From Andalucia godoyi And28 (Eukaryota; Protista; Jakobida): a stretch of 64,000 nt of DNA. Location of the stretch: the NCBI GenBank assembly GCA_009859145.1, contig VRVR01000021.1, forward strand, positions 259,656-323,655. Reading direction: 5' to 3'. Below, piece by piece: positions 1 through 9,655 of this stretch (position 1 is the stretch's first letter; every line of letters starts with the position of its first letter). Below the pieces are notes generated by a model, which made no database searches, was not told the DNA's origin, and was given only the letters and a program-made list of their open reading frames with translations. Made by a program: the position numbers and the translations under genes.

Positions 1-48
1 AATTTAGTATCGAATGCCTCTGCGCCACAGCCTGCTGCGCTAGGAGAT

Positions 49-3000
49 ATGAAAATCGATGTCGTTCTGTTGAATGGTAAGACTCTTCCGTATCCGCTAT
101 GCAGAATGCCCAGTGAAAAGAACCCGATCACAGGGCTTCGCCACTTGTTGGGGCACGTGCATCCATTGTACATCCACGCTCTACGATGCATCATCGCGGC
201 GTTTCAAATTCCCGACATAGAAGAGTGCGCCATGACATCACCGGCGACGGCATCCGCAACGGCAACTGCTGCAAGTGGAGCGAAGACGTCGGAATCATCG
301 AGGATGCACGTGGAGTCTGCAACGGCCGTTGTGATCCCGACAGTGTTGTTTCCAAACATCATCAAGAACCTTGCGTGCCCTTTGTGTGTCCGAGAGCACG
401 TACTGATTACGTGCACGGGAATGGAACACGGTTCGCAGGTGCTCGCGAGACTTGTGTACTCGCAAGTCCGTGCGATCATGGGAAACAACCCCATGCGATG
501 TTCTCTCCAGCGGGCTGTCCTCCAGTTTCCCCATCTTCTGGACGCCGAGGACCAGGAAATCCCAATGGATGTGCTCGCCGCAGCCCCGCAACAAAAGGAT
601 GAATCGGTCCGAAGGCTAACGGATATCCTCGGCGGTGTTCTTGAAAAGTGCCCCGACATCAAATTCGAATTCTTCCTTGACACGGCAACAGTTTCTCCGC
701 AGCAAGACTTGCGCTTCCCGTCTGCAGAGTTTTCGAGGTTCACGGACCATCGGCTCGTGTTGGTTTGCAAGACGTTGTCGGTTTCCCTCAAAATGCAGTC
801 GGACAGCCGAGTTGTCTCCATCAGTCACTTCACTGGCTTTCCAATGCGACTGTTATTGGAGGGAGTGTTTCTGGACACGGACTCGGCTGCTCGCTACATC
901 TCGTGGTTCGATCTGGGCTCTCAGCCAATGGAAAAGAGCATTTTGCGCATGAAGGTGTCCTATGCGACATCGTTCAAGAAAACAAACACTGTCGGAAAGT
1001 CGTTTTCTGCTGCCGTGGATGCCCTGCTCCCATATCTTTTGCTACAATTGACAGATTCGGATGCCGATGGACCAATCCTTGATGAGCTTCAAAGCCTCCT
1101 TGGATCACAGTTTGTTGAAACTTGTCAGCAGGTCCAGGGTTCTTGCTGCGCACTCTTGGCAAATGAATCGCTGTGGGGTACTTGCATGCCGTCACAAATC
1201 GTTCGGTCGTTGCGATTGCTTGTCAAGTCCATCGCCCTCTCGGATGCCCTCTGTCAAGCTCCGTTTCTTGAGGCCTGCATTCGCGTGGTTGAGAAGGTTG
1301 ACGGGCAAAAAATGGCGAACAAGACACCGGCTGTGAATATGTTGAAGCGTCTCGACGATCTTGTGCTCGCCTTACTCAATTCATCGCTGTTCCTGCTGTT
1401 CAACGCAAAGCATTTGCATGTTGGTTTGTGGGTCGAGAATCAGTTCCAAATGAAACAGTTTTTCCATTATCCAAGTCTTGCCGAGACGAAAGACACGGAC
1501 CAAGTGCTTTCGACGTATGTTCCTTATGAAGTCCGACGGTTTCAACGGTTTCTGCTGGTGCCAGACGGCGTGGTTACTGAATCTGTACTTGCTCAGTACT
1601 ACGTCGATTCGCAATTGGATTCTTTCCTGCAGGATTGCTTCCAGGCCTGCTTTCGATCAGATCCATTGACGCCGTATCCGTTGATGTTGATTGTCGATTT
1701 AGCGAAACAGCGGTACATGTCCTATCGCTTGTCTCTCTTCCTGGAGGCTGTGGAATCGAACAGGAGCCTGAGTATTTCCTTCTCGTCTGACCCGCAAGAT
1801 GTGGTTTCGGCAAGCACGACGTCGTCGTTATCAAACGGGGTTGTTTCCTTTTACGGTTCCAAGATCGCATTGGCGATGTTTGCAGCAATTGAGCAGCCAG
1901 TGTTTCGCGAACTGGCGTTTCAAATCTTGTCTGTCGTCGTGGAGAAATCTGTCCCGCCTTTTGGGTTTGAAGGGCCCACGTTGGCCATTATGGGAGGCTC
2001 GTACAAGGTCGATTCTTGCATGGCACTGCGACTCCCGTGTGTCAATGTGGACGGAAGCTCAATGACAAGCAGCTGCTGCAGCTTCGTGGTGGAAGAACTG
2101 TACATCGTTGAGGGCCCTGACACGCACGACGGATTGCTGTACGCTATTGAAGTGTTTCTTACACGAATTGTAGACGCTCTGAATCGCGTTGGAACTGCCA
2201 CGATTGATGCTCAGCAAACGGCGCAGTTTTATCCGCTATTTGTTTCCATCGGTGCACAAGCCAGAGTTCCGGTGTACGAACTGCTCTCTGATTTAAATGG
2301 TGCGATGCAGAAAATTTCAACGCACCTGTGGGCCGGTGATGCCTCTGATGTGTGCGTTGAGGGCGCTGTTGGGTACCCGTCAGATTTACGGGGCTCTCTT
2401 GTACGTGGTCCGGTTTGCATTCGATGGGCAAAGTATGTGAAATTTGCATTCCGATCAAGCAGCACTCGAGTGCGACGTGATTTTTCCAGGTTTGGCGTCG
2501 ACCGATTGGACAGTTGCCTGTTCTTTTCAAAGTCCGACTGCTCGACGTTTGAAAAGATCTGTCCTCGTCCTCCCATGCCGTCAGCCATCCAGCATGCTTC
2601 CCTTCTTGAACTTGCATCACAGGATCTGATAGCAGTTTGGCGTCGCAGTTTTGAGGAGGGGCAGTGCTACGCTTTCATGTCCTTGTCAAGCCTGGTGTGG
2701 CTGCAGTCTGTGAAAGGTGCTCTGTCGTTCCCGGAACCGTCCAATCTCAAGCATTGGCTGAAAGAGAACCACCATCGTCTTCAGAATGGCATCAATTTGG
2801 ACCAGGACCGGGCCCGCGAGGAAACAGAAACAGAAATGTCCTTTGGGAAATCCATCTTTTACGACACCTCGCGCTTGTCGTTCTGTATTTCCAATTGGAC
2901 GACAGCATGCGCTCCGTTCCTGAGCTTCCTGGAAATGCTCGAAACCGCATTACCGCTGCCCGATTTTCTAGAGGCCTCTTGCACTGCGCAATTTTTCGAC

Positions 3001-3255
3001 TTGAAATCAAGATCCCGTGTGCTGCTGGAAAATCGACAATGGTACAACTGCTTCTTCTATGAAGACTTGATCGCGGCACATCGCGTGTTTTCCAGCATGG
3101 ATCCCTCTATGTTTTTCAGTGATTCCATGGCAACCTTCCGGCGTCAGTTTGCCTCGTATATACGACTCTCTGTACAAAATGCGGCCACCACCGTTTTCCG
3201 TCAGCTGTCGAAATCAGAAGCGCAAGCTCGGCAGCTTCTGTCGCTGGTTGAATAG
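49..3255 (+). CDS. Large hypothetical protein (1068 aa), no family recognised
   Basis: Uninterrupted 3.2-kb ORF ending in TAG, followed by an A-rich spacer. No motif recognised; the true start could be a downstream Met (e.g. MTSPATAS). Confidence 0.75.
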   Translation: MKIDVVLLNGKTLPYPLCRMPSEKNPITGLRHLLGHVHPLYIHALRCIIAAFQIPDIEECAMTSPATASATATAASGAKTSESSRMHVESATAVVIPTVLFPNIIKNLACPLCVREHVLITCTGMEHGSQVLARLVYSQVRAIMGNNPMRCSLQRAVLQFPHLLDAEDQEIPMDVLAAAPQQKDESVRRLTDILGGVLEKCPDIKFEFFLDTATVSPQQDLRFPSAEFSRFTDHRLVLVCKTLSVSLKMQSDSRVVSISHFTGFPMRLLLEGVFLDTDSAARYISWFDLGSQPMEKSILRMKVSYATSFKKTNTVGKSFSAAVDALLPYLLLQLTDSDADGPILDELQSLLGSQFVETCQQVQGSCCALLANESLWGTCMPSQIVRSLRLLVKSIALSDALCQAPFLEACIRVVEKVDGQKMANKTPAVNMLKRLDDLVLALLNSSLFLLFNAKHLHVGLWVENQFQMKQFFHYPSLAETKDTDQVLSTYVPYEVRRFQRFLLVPDGVVTESVLAQYYVDSQLDSFLQDCFQACFRSDPLTPYPLMLIVDLAKQRYMSYRLSLFLEAVESNRSLSISFSSDPQDVVSASTTSSLSNGVVSFYGSKIALAMFAAIEQPVFRELAFQILSVVVEKSVPPFGFEGPTLAIMGGSYKVDSCMALRLPCVNVDGSSMTSSCCSFVVEELYIVEGPDTHDGLLYAIEVFLTRIVDALNRVGTATIDAQQTAQFYPLFVSIGAQARVPVYELLSDLNGAMQKISTHLWAGDASDVCVEGAVGYPSDLRGSLVRGPVCIRWAKYVKFAFRSSSTRVRRDFSRFGVDRLDSCLFFSKSDCSTFEKICPRPPMPSAIQHASLLELASQDLIAVWRRSFEEGQCYAFMSLSSLVWLQSVKGALSFPEPSNLKHWLKENHHRLQNGINLDQDRAREETETEMSFGKSIFYDTSRLSFCISNWTTACAPFLSFLEMLETALPLPDFLEASCTAQFFDLKSRSRVLLENRQWYNCFFYEDLIAAHRVFSSMDPSMFFSDSMATFRRQFASYIRLSVQNAATTVFRQLSKSEAQARQLLSLVE

Positions 3256-3342
3256 CAAGTGCTGCTTTCATCCTTCTTTAATCAAAAAAGGAAAAGAAAG
3301 AAGATGGAAAAAAATTAGCGATAAAATCTCCCCCCGCAGGCT

Positions 3343-5370
3343 TCACACACGATTGTCTGCGCAAGAGACTGGGCTGGCCGACACCGAAACTGCATCCAAT
3401 GGCTCCAATTGCCTGACGGTGTGCCGTATGGTCTGTTTCTCGACGAGGTTTCGATAGATTCCGTGGGCATTTTGCATCAGACTGTCATGAGTTCCTTCTT
3501 CAGCGATCATGCCCTTATCAAGCACAATCACGCGGTCAGCCATTTGCACGGTCGACAGTCGGTGAGCTACCATGATGACTGTTCTGCCCTTTGTGACTTG
3601 CGACATGGCTTCTTGGAAAGCATGCTCAGCCTCTGCATCCAACGAGGATGTTGCCTCGTCAAGCAGAATGACGTCTGGATTTCGCAAGATGAGACGCGCA
3701 ATGGCGATGCGCTGTTTCTGACCGCCACTGAGCTGCACTCCTCGGGGACCGACAACCGTATTGTATTGATCCGGTAGGGATATGACAAAATCATGAAGTT
3801 GCGCAATCTTGGCGGCTTGCACAACGGCCTCTTCTACTTGTCCTGAAGCGGCGGAAGACGACAAGGCACAGCGAATATTGTCTGCGATTGTTCCACTGAG
3901 AATTGTTGAATCTTGACTGACAATCCCGATTCGAGACCGGATGGTCTTTTCTTCGATGGTGGCAATATTTCGTCCATCAAGAAGGATGCAGCCTGAAGAA
4001 GGGTTGTACAGACGCAATAGCAAATGTAAAATTGTGGATTTTCCTCCGCCGGAAGCCCCCACCAACGCAACCACTTCGCCCTTTCGGATCTCGAGCGACA
4101 CGTCTTGCAGAACAGGAACATTGGGCCTCGAAGGATACGCAAACCGCACGCTCAACATTTCGATTTGTGGCGCTGCTCGATCCTCAGAGGTGCTGGACCG
4201 CGGAGAAGAAAGCCGGGCGGCGGCGGTGGTGGTGGTGGTGGAGGGACCTTCCAGCAAAAAATTTCCAGCCTCCGCATCGCAGGCTGCAGACCTGACGCGG
4301 GGCTCCTTGTCTTGCTGCCGCGCGTTCTGCGTCTGCGAATCGAGCACAATATCCATCATGTCCTCGGCTCCTCCAACATTCCGCATGAAGTCTCCGGCTT
4401 GGTGGGACAATGCACCCAAAGCGTGCGCGATCAGCACAGCGTACAACACAAACGACGTCAAGTCTCCCACAGACAAGTTTCCGTCTCTCAACAGTTTGGC
4501 GCCGTACCAAAAGACGAGAACTATCGACATGTAGGACAGCCACTCTGCGCCGCCCTGGAACGTTCCCACTGCCACTGCCATCTTTTTCCCCCACAAATAA
4601 GACACCCCAGTGGCCACATCACACCGGTCCTGTGCAAGCTTTTCTAAACTAAACGCTTTCAGAAACCGAACGTTTGAAAGGCTCTCTTCGGCGTAAAAGT
4701 TTGCCGAGGCGACGCTGGACTGGTAGGATCTGGATAACTTGCGAACAACCATGGAGTACACGATGCCTGCAAGTGCCAGCACCGGAAACACCGAGCTCAT
4801 CACGAGTGCGAGTGTCCAACTAATGTAGAGCAAAATGCAGATTCCTCCAACAGCCTGGATAGCAAAGCGGACTGCCATTGGCAAGTGCAGCGATGTTGCA
4901 GCTCTGAGCAACGCGGTGTCGACGGAAACCATCGAAGAAAGCCCGCCGGCGTTCGGATGCGTGTCAAAGTACGACACAGGCTTACTCAGGAATGACGATA
5001 TGAGAAGTGACCGCACATGTGCCGTCGTCCGCTCTCCTGCGTACGCGAAGAGGAACCCTCGCACAGCCGTGCAGACAGCTCCGACTGACAGCACAATGGC
5101 CAGAATTCCAGCTCGCGCTCCAAGCTCGCTTTCTGATTTCGCATCGATGAGAATCCCGACACTCAAGGGCACATACAGATTCACTGCGACGGACAGCAGG
5201 AGTGCGAAAAGCCCCATCAGCAGAAGATGCCACTCAGGTCTGCAAAGGAGCATGCATCGCTTGAAAAGGGAAAACGACGACTTCACTCGAGATTTGATGG
5301 CAGGATCCGAGCCAGTGTCGGCCGATGCAGAAGACGATGGCAGACTGCGCGGATAATATAGTGCGCGCAT
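3343..5370 (-). CDS. ABC transporter, ABCB-type half-transporter (TMD-NBD; ABCB10/TAP-like)
   Basis: Multi-TM N-terminal half, Walker A GASGGGKST, signature LSGGQKQRIAIAR, Walker B ILLDEATSSLD, H-loop AHRLSTV. Confidence 0.95.
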   Translation of the reverse strand: MRALYYPRSLPSSSASADTGSDPAIKSRVKSSFSLFKRCMLLCRPEWHLLLMGLFALLLSVAVNLYVPLSVGILIDAKSESELGARAGILAIVLSVGAVCTAVRGFLFAYAGERTTAHVRSLLISSFLSKPVSYFDTHPNAGGLSSMVSVDTALLRAATSLHLPMAVRFAIQAVGGICILLYISWTLALVMSSVFPVLALAGIVYSMVVRKLSRSYQSSVASANFYAEESLSNVRFLKAFSLEKLAQDRCDVATGVSYLWGKKMAVAVGTFQGGAEWLSYMSIVLVFWYGAKLLRDGNLSVGDLTSFVLYAVLIAHALGALSHQAGDFMRNVGGAEDMMDIVLDSQTQNARQQDKEPRVRSAACDAEAGNFLLEGPSTTTTTAAARLSSPRSSTSEDRAAPQIEMLSVRFAYPSRPNVPVLQDVSLEIRKGEVVALVGASGGGKSTILHLLLRLYNPSSGCILLDGRNIATIEEKTIRSRIGIVSQDSTILSGTIADNIRCALSSSAASGQVEEAVVQAAKIAQLHDFVISLPDQYNTVVGPRGVQLSGGQKQRIAIARLILRNPDVILLDEATSSLDAEAEHAFQEAMSQVTKGRTVIMVAHRLSTVQMADRVIVLDKGMIAEEGTHDSLMQNAHGIYRNLVEKQTIRHTVRQLEPLDAVSVSASPVSCADNRV

Positions 5371-5667
5371 TGTCCAACCTATCCCGGATGACGATTTTTA
5401 AATTCCAAAAAAAATTATATATATAAAAACAACGACGAACAATTCACAAAAGCCAAAAACAAACCTCCAATATATATATATATATATAGTGTGTGTGTGT
5501 ATGTTATTAATTTTTTTATAAATCGATTACTAAACAATTAGAACAAAAAAAATAGAGGTGGCGCCACCTGCGAGCTTTTTGCAAGCTCTTTGACCTGTGA
5601 AGTTGATTGATAATTGCGCAATGCTTTTTGTTCTGCGGGAAAAGCCCTACGCAGACGGATGTTCGAT

Positions 5668-5786
5668 AGGTACGGCCATACTAGAGTGAAAATACCGCAT
5701 CCCGTCCGATTTGCGAAGTCAAGTGCTCTCAGGCTGGAGTAGTACTGAGGTGGGTGACCACTCGGGAATTCCCAGTGCTGTACTTT
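5668..5786 (+). rRNA. 5S rRNA, single dispersed copy
   Basis: AGGTACGGCCATAC...GTGCTGTACTT with helix I pairing; internal box C-like AGGTGGGTGAC; ~119 nt; T5 Pol III terminator at 5784-5788. Confidence 0.95.
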
Positions 5787-5918
5787 TTGCGACTTTTTTG
5801 CTCTCTCTCTTTAATCATTATCTTTTTTATATTTTGATGTTTTGAATTTTATTTTCTGGTTTTTCCCTCCGTTTCACCAAAAAATGAAAGGAAGAGGGGG
5901 GTTTTATAAAAAAATTTC

Positions 5919-5992
5919 TGGACGAGAGGGGAATCGAACCCCTGACCTCTCGCATGCCATGCGAGCGCTGCTACCAGCTGAGCTACACGCCC
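5919..5992 (-). tRNA. tRNA-Ala, anticodon GGC
   Basis: Cloverleaf GGGCGTG...CTCGTCCA with the G3:U70 Ala determinant; anticodon arm CTCGC-ATGGCAT-GCGAG; T-loop TTCGATT; one extra C at the D-arm 3' side; T7 terminator (A-run 5908-5914 on +). Confidence 0.92.
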
Positions 5993-6260
5993 AAGATTCG
6001 AAAACTTGCGACCAGCTTGCCTTGAGGCTGGACTGGCTGTGCCTAAATAAATCGGACAACATCTTTGATTGGAAATTGGCATGTGATTTCCCCCGACCTT
6101 TCCGTTTCAAGAAGTCTTGAATCGATCAAGGATTCGCTGCAAAGAACGTTCTTTCATTCGAACAACACTGGATATTTTTTCTTTTTCTTAAATTCGTTGT
6201 TAGGTAGGTTTCATCATACTGCGCCAATTCCGCCGGTTGTTTACAGATCGTCAATTTTGG

Positions 6261-8504
6261 ATGACTGGTTTTTCTCGTCTGTCTGATCAAGAAGATACGG
6301 GGGATGGCTGTGCAAACAATGCAGTGTCTGTGACGGATGGACCTCGCGTAGCAGACCCGACAAGGGAGCTGCCGCGGACGTCGGAGGCAAGGAGCAAAAG
6401 ACTGGTTCGCGTGTCTACTCGAATCGCCATTGCTTGCCTGTTGATTCTCGCAATTGTTGGATTGTCGTTTGCAGTGTTTGGTACTTCTGCTCAAAAGGAG
6501 GATGGGTCTTCCGTCTCAGAAGAAGACGACCGATCGACACTGTTGCCGTTGGTTGTGGAGAATGGGGCCGTTGCATCAGATTCTGCAGAGTGCTCTGCTA
6601 TGGGATCACAGATTCTCCAAAAGGGTGGAAATGCTATGGACGCGGCTGTGACAACTGCTCTGTGTCTTGGACTGCATCAACCGTTTGCGTCTGGAATTGG
6701 CGGCGGCGGATATTTGATGTATCATCCTGCTGACGCATATTCTCTTTCCACTCAGGGTCGGGAAGATTTGCGTGAAAACAGCGTGGATCCGAAAGAAAGT
6801 GTTGTGTATGATTTCCGAGAGGTGGCTCCTGGTGCATGCACTCCAACTATGTACATTGACGAGGATCCGGTCACAAGGACTGTTCCGTCTTCCGTGGAAG
6901 GAGGCAAGGCGATTTCGGTTCCTGGGGAGCTTGCAGGATTGTACCTTGCACATTCCGAACATGGGAGGCTTCCGTGGTATGATCTTGTCGAGCCCGTTGC
7001 TTCTTTGGCAGTCAACGGATATCGTGTGAACAAGCTGCTTGCGATTCGGCTTCGGCAAGCAAGAGAAAAGATTATGAGGCATCCGTTGCTGGCGAATACG
7101 TATTGGAATAACGTCACAAACGATTTTGTAGAGGAAGGCTATCTTCACCGGCGTGTCGAATACGGCGAGACGCTGTTCAAGATTGCGAGGCATGGAGCGA
7201 GTGTGCTGTACGACGCAGGCGCTCCCGAGTCTGTAGCCAATACGTTGGTCGAAGACATCACTGGCAGCGATCACGCCATATTGACTGTCGATGATTTGAA
7301 GGAGTACAGCGTCGTCAAGCGAAAACCGCTGCGAGTGTGGTATCGGGGACTAGAGGTGTTGAATACTCCGCCGTCTTCTTCGGGTGGAGCTGCAATTGCG
7401 TTAGCACTGAATATTTTAGAGCGGTACTCCATGAGTGATTTGTATGGATTTTTATCAAAGGAAGACGCTAATTTTAACTCCAAGAACGTGCGGCTCGGGA
7501 AAACGCCCTCTGATGATGATTTTGGGATGAGTGAACATGTCATGGTAGAGGCATTCAAGCATGCGTTCGCCCATCGCATGCTGCTGGGGGATCCTGCTTT
7601 TGTGAACCTGAATCTCACTTTGGAGGCTGCGCAGTCAAAGGAAGTGGCGGCTTGGACCAGGAGTGTCGGAGTCCATCTCAATCAAACACTGCTGGATCCG
7701 GAGACGTACTTGGATGTCCGCGACCTTGTGCTGCAGTATCTCAAGCTGGAAGACGAATCGAAACAGCAAACTGCTGCGGATGCAGGTGGTGTGCAAATGC
7801 CCCCTACGCTTGATGGGCTACAAGTTGGGTCTGCCGAGTTTGACGAATTGTCCCGGGCCTTGCGGTTTGAGAGGCAGTCGAGACAGCGAGGAGGATACGT
7901 GACCTCTAATGCTGGCACATCTCATTTTTCCATCGTTGACAAGGACCGCAATGCAGTTGCCATGACGACGACTGTGAATCACTCGTTCGGTTCCAAGGTA
8001 GTTTCTGCTCGTACTGGCGTTGTGCTCAACAACCAGCAGGATGATTTCTCAACCAAGAACGAGTCAAACGCATTTGGACTGCGGCCGTCGATTGCCAACT
8101 GGGTTGCCCCGAAAAAGCGCCCGCTGTCGAGCATGTCCCCAACAATTGCTTTGAAAGATGGGAAACCGTACATTGTCGTGGGGGCCTCCGGCGGGCCGAC
8201 GATCATCACGGCTGTTGTGCAGACGCTGTTGCTCATCGTGGATCGTGGCTACAACGCAAAGGAGGCTGTTGAGTCTCGGAGATTGCATCACCAATTGTTT
8301 CCCAATATGGTAACTGTGGAGAAATGGTTCCCGAACAAGCTGCAATGGGAGCTCGCAAACCACAAACACGTGGTTTCGGACACAGGCGCCATGCTTGCAG
8401 ATGGTCAGTTGTCTGGCAACGTGCAGTGCATCATTGTTCGCGAAGACGGCAAGTTGGAAGCGGCTTCGGACTCAAGAAAGCTAGGGAAACCAGCCGGATT
8501 TTAA
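6261..8504 (+). CDS. GGT: Gamma-glutamyltranspeptidase (type II membrane-anchored)
   Basis: N-terminal TM anchor, GGNAMDAAV, SGIGGGG, DFREVAP, catalytic-Thr motif GTSHFSIVD, PLSSMSPT, GASGG. First ATG is at 6261. Confidence 0.95.
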   Translation: MTGFSRLSDQEDTGDGCANNAVSVTDGPRVADPTRELPRTSEARSKRLVRVSTRIAIACLLILAIVGLSFAVFGTSAQKEDGSSVSEEDDRSTLLPLVVENGAVASDSAECSAMGSQILQKGGNAMDAAVTTALCLGLHQPFASGIGGGGYLMYHPADAYSLSTQGREDLRENSVDPKESVVYDFREVAPGACTPTMYIDEDPVTRTVPSSVEGGKAISVPGELAGLYLAHSEHGRLPWYDLVEPVASLAVNGYRVNKLLAIRLRQAREKIMRHPLLANTYWNNVTNDFVEEGYLHRRVEYGETLFKIARHGASVLYDAGAPESVANTLVEDITGSDHAILTVDDLKEYSVVKRKPLRVWYRGLEVLNTPPSSSGGAAIALALNILERYSMSDLYGFLSKEDANFNSKNVRLGKTPSDDDFGMSEHVMVEAFKHAFAHRMLLGDPAFVNLNLTLEAAQSKEVAAWTRSVGVHLNQTLLDPETYLDVRDLVLQYLKLEDESKQQTAADAGGVQMPPTLDGLQVGSAEFDELSRALRFERQSRQRGGYVTSNAGTSHFSIVDKDRNAVAMTTTVNHSFGSKVVSARTGVVLNNQQDDFSTKNESNAFGLRPSIANWVAPKKRPLSSMSPTIALKDGKPYIVVGASGGPTIITAVVQTLLLIVDRGYNAKEAVESRRLHHQLFPNMVTVEKWFPNKLQWELANHKHVVSDTGAMLADGQLSGNVQCIIVREDGKLEAASDSRKLGKPAGF

Positions 8505-8698
8505 TATTTAATTAATGAATAATTGTTATAATAAAATAAATAATAAAATAATTTGTTGCTGTCAATCTTGTAGAAGACCATATTTCGTTCTATTTCCGTT
8601 TTGTTTTCCTTTTTGTTGCTGCTGTTAAAACTGCGTTCTGCGTGAAAAAAGCTGCTACTTCTACCTATACATATTTAGACAAACCGGTTGTATAGGTT

Positions 8699-8771
8699 GG
8701 GCGTGTAGCTCAGTTGGTAGAGTACGTCACTTGCATTGACGGGGTCTAGGGTTCGATTCCCTACTCGTCCA
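8699..8771 (+). tRNA. tRNA-Ala, anticodon TGC
   Basis: 73-nt cloverleaf, G3:U70, anticodon arm CGTCA-CTTGCAT-TGACG, T13 terminator at 8777-8789. Confidence 0.95.
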
Positions 8772-9655
8772 CTTAATTTTTTTTTTTTTGCTTCTTTCCA
8801 GTCCAAAACGATTTTCCGAGGAACTCCGAGGAACGTTGCACTGATTAATCAGTCGTGCTTCTCGTGCGTTGTGTTTGGCACACATTGAGATGCGTCTGGT
8901 GTTTTCATGTCCGTAAAACCAGTACAGTTACGGGATCAATTAAAGTAAAAGTTTCTTGTTCAGCACGAAACGATGTTTGCCAATCCCACATCCCCACCGC
9001 TCTTGAAGGGTTTTCAGCTGGACTCGTTCGCTTCATCAAGCACATCCCTCCTCCCAACGAAACATACAACCACCGAACGCTCTTTCTGAGAGTGCTGCAG
9101 ATGACAAGAGGCGGAGTGTATCCACGGGGGCCTAGCTGTGTCTGAGACCGTTCTCGATCGTGTCCCTGCTTTGTCGCTGACTCTTTTTTTTCCGAACACG
9201 TTCGAATCCACCGTTTGTAAAAATAAAAATAAAAAAAACCCCAATTGCCATTGCTGGACATGCTTCCCCGATTTGGCAAATTGCACAGGGCGCATCTCCC
9301 GACGTTCAACGAGAGGCGTAGACGGCGTTCTGAGGAGCTAATTCTACCTGCTGTCTGAATTCTGCAATTAGATATGTCACAGGCGTCGTGTGTTTTTGAC
9401 TGACAGACAACCGGGCTTTTTGGAAGGAAGAATTAGAGAAGTATCCGGTGAATCTAAAACATGGACTCGCGGATGCCGCGTTGGATTTTAATGTTAAAAC
9501 CGTTTCCTCTATGATTCGCGGCTGTTTCCGGCTGCAGTCGCAAGGTTGATTACTTGACGACCATGCATCCATACTGTGAAAATCTACTGCTGTAAGCTTG
9601 TTCTTGGATATGTCACCGTAAACATCGACCTAACAAACTATGCCGATTCCTCACA

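Noticed and set aside
8855-9572. Short ORFs (88-134 aa) between tRNA-Ala(TGC) and the repeated element
   Set aside because: They cross poly-A/T tracts and have no motifs, so they are not supported as genes.
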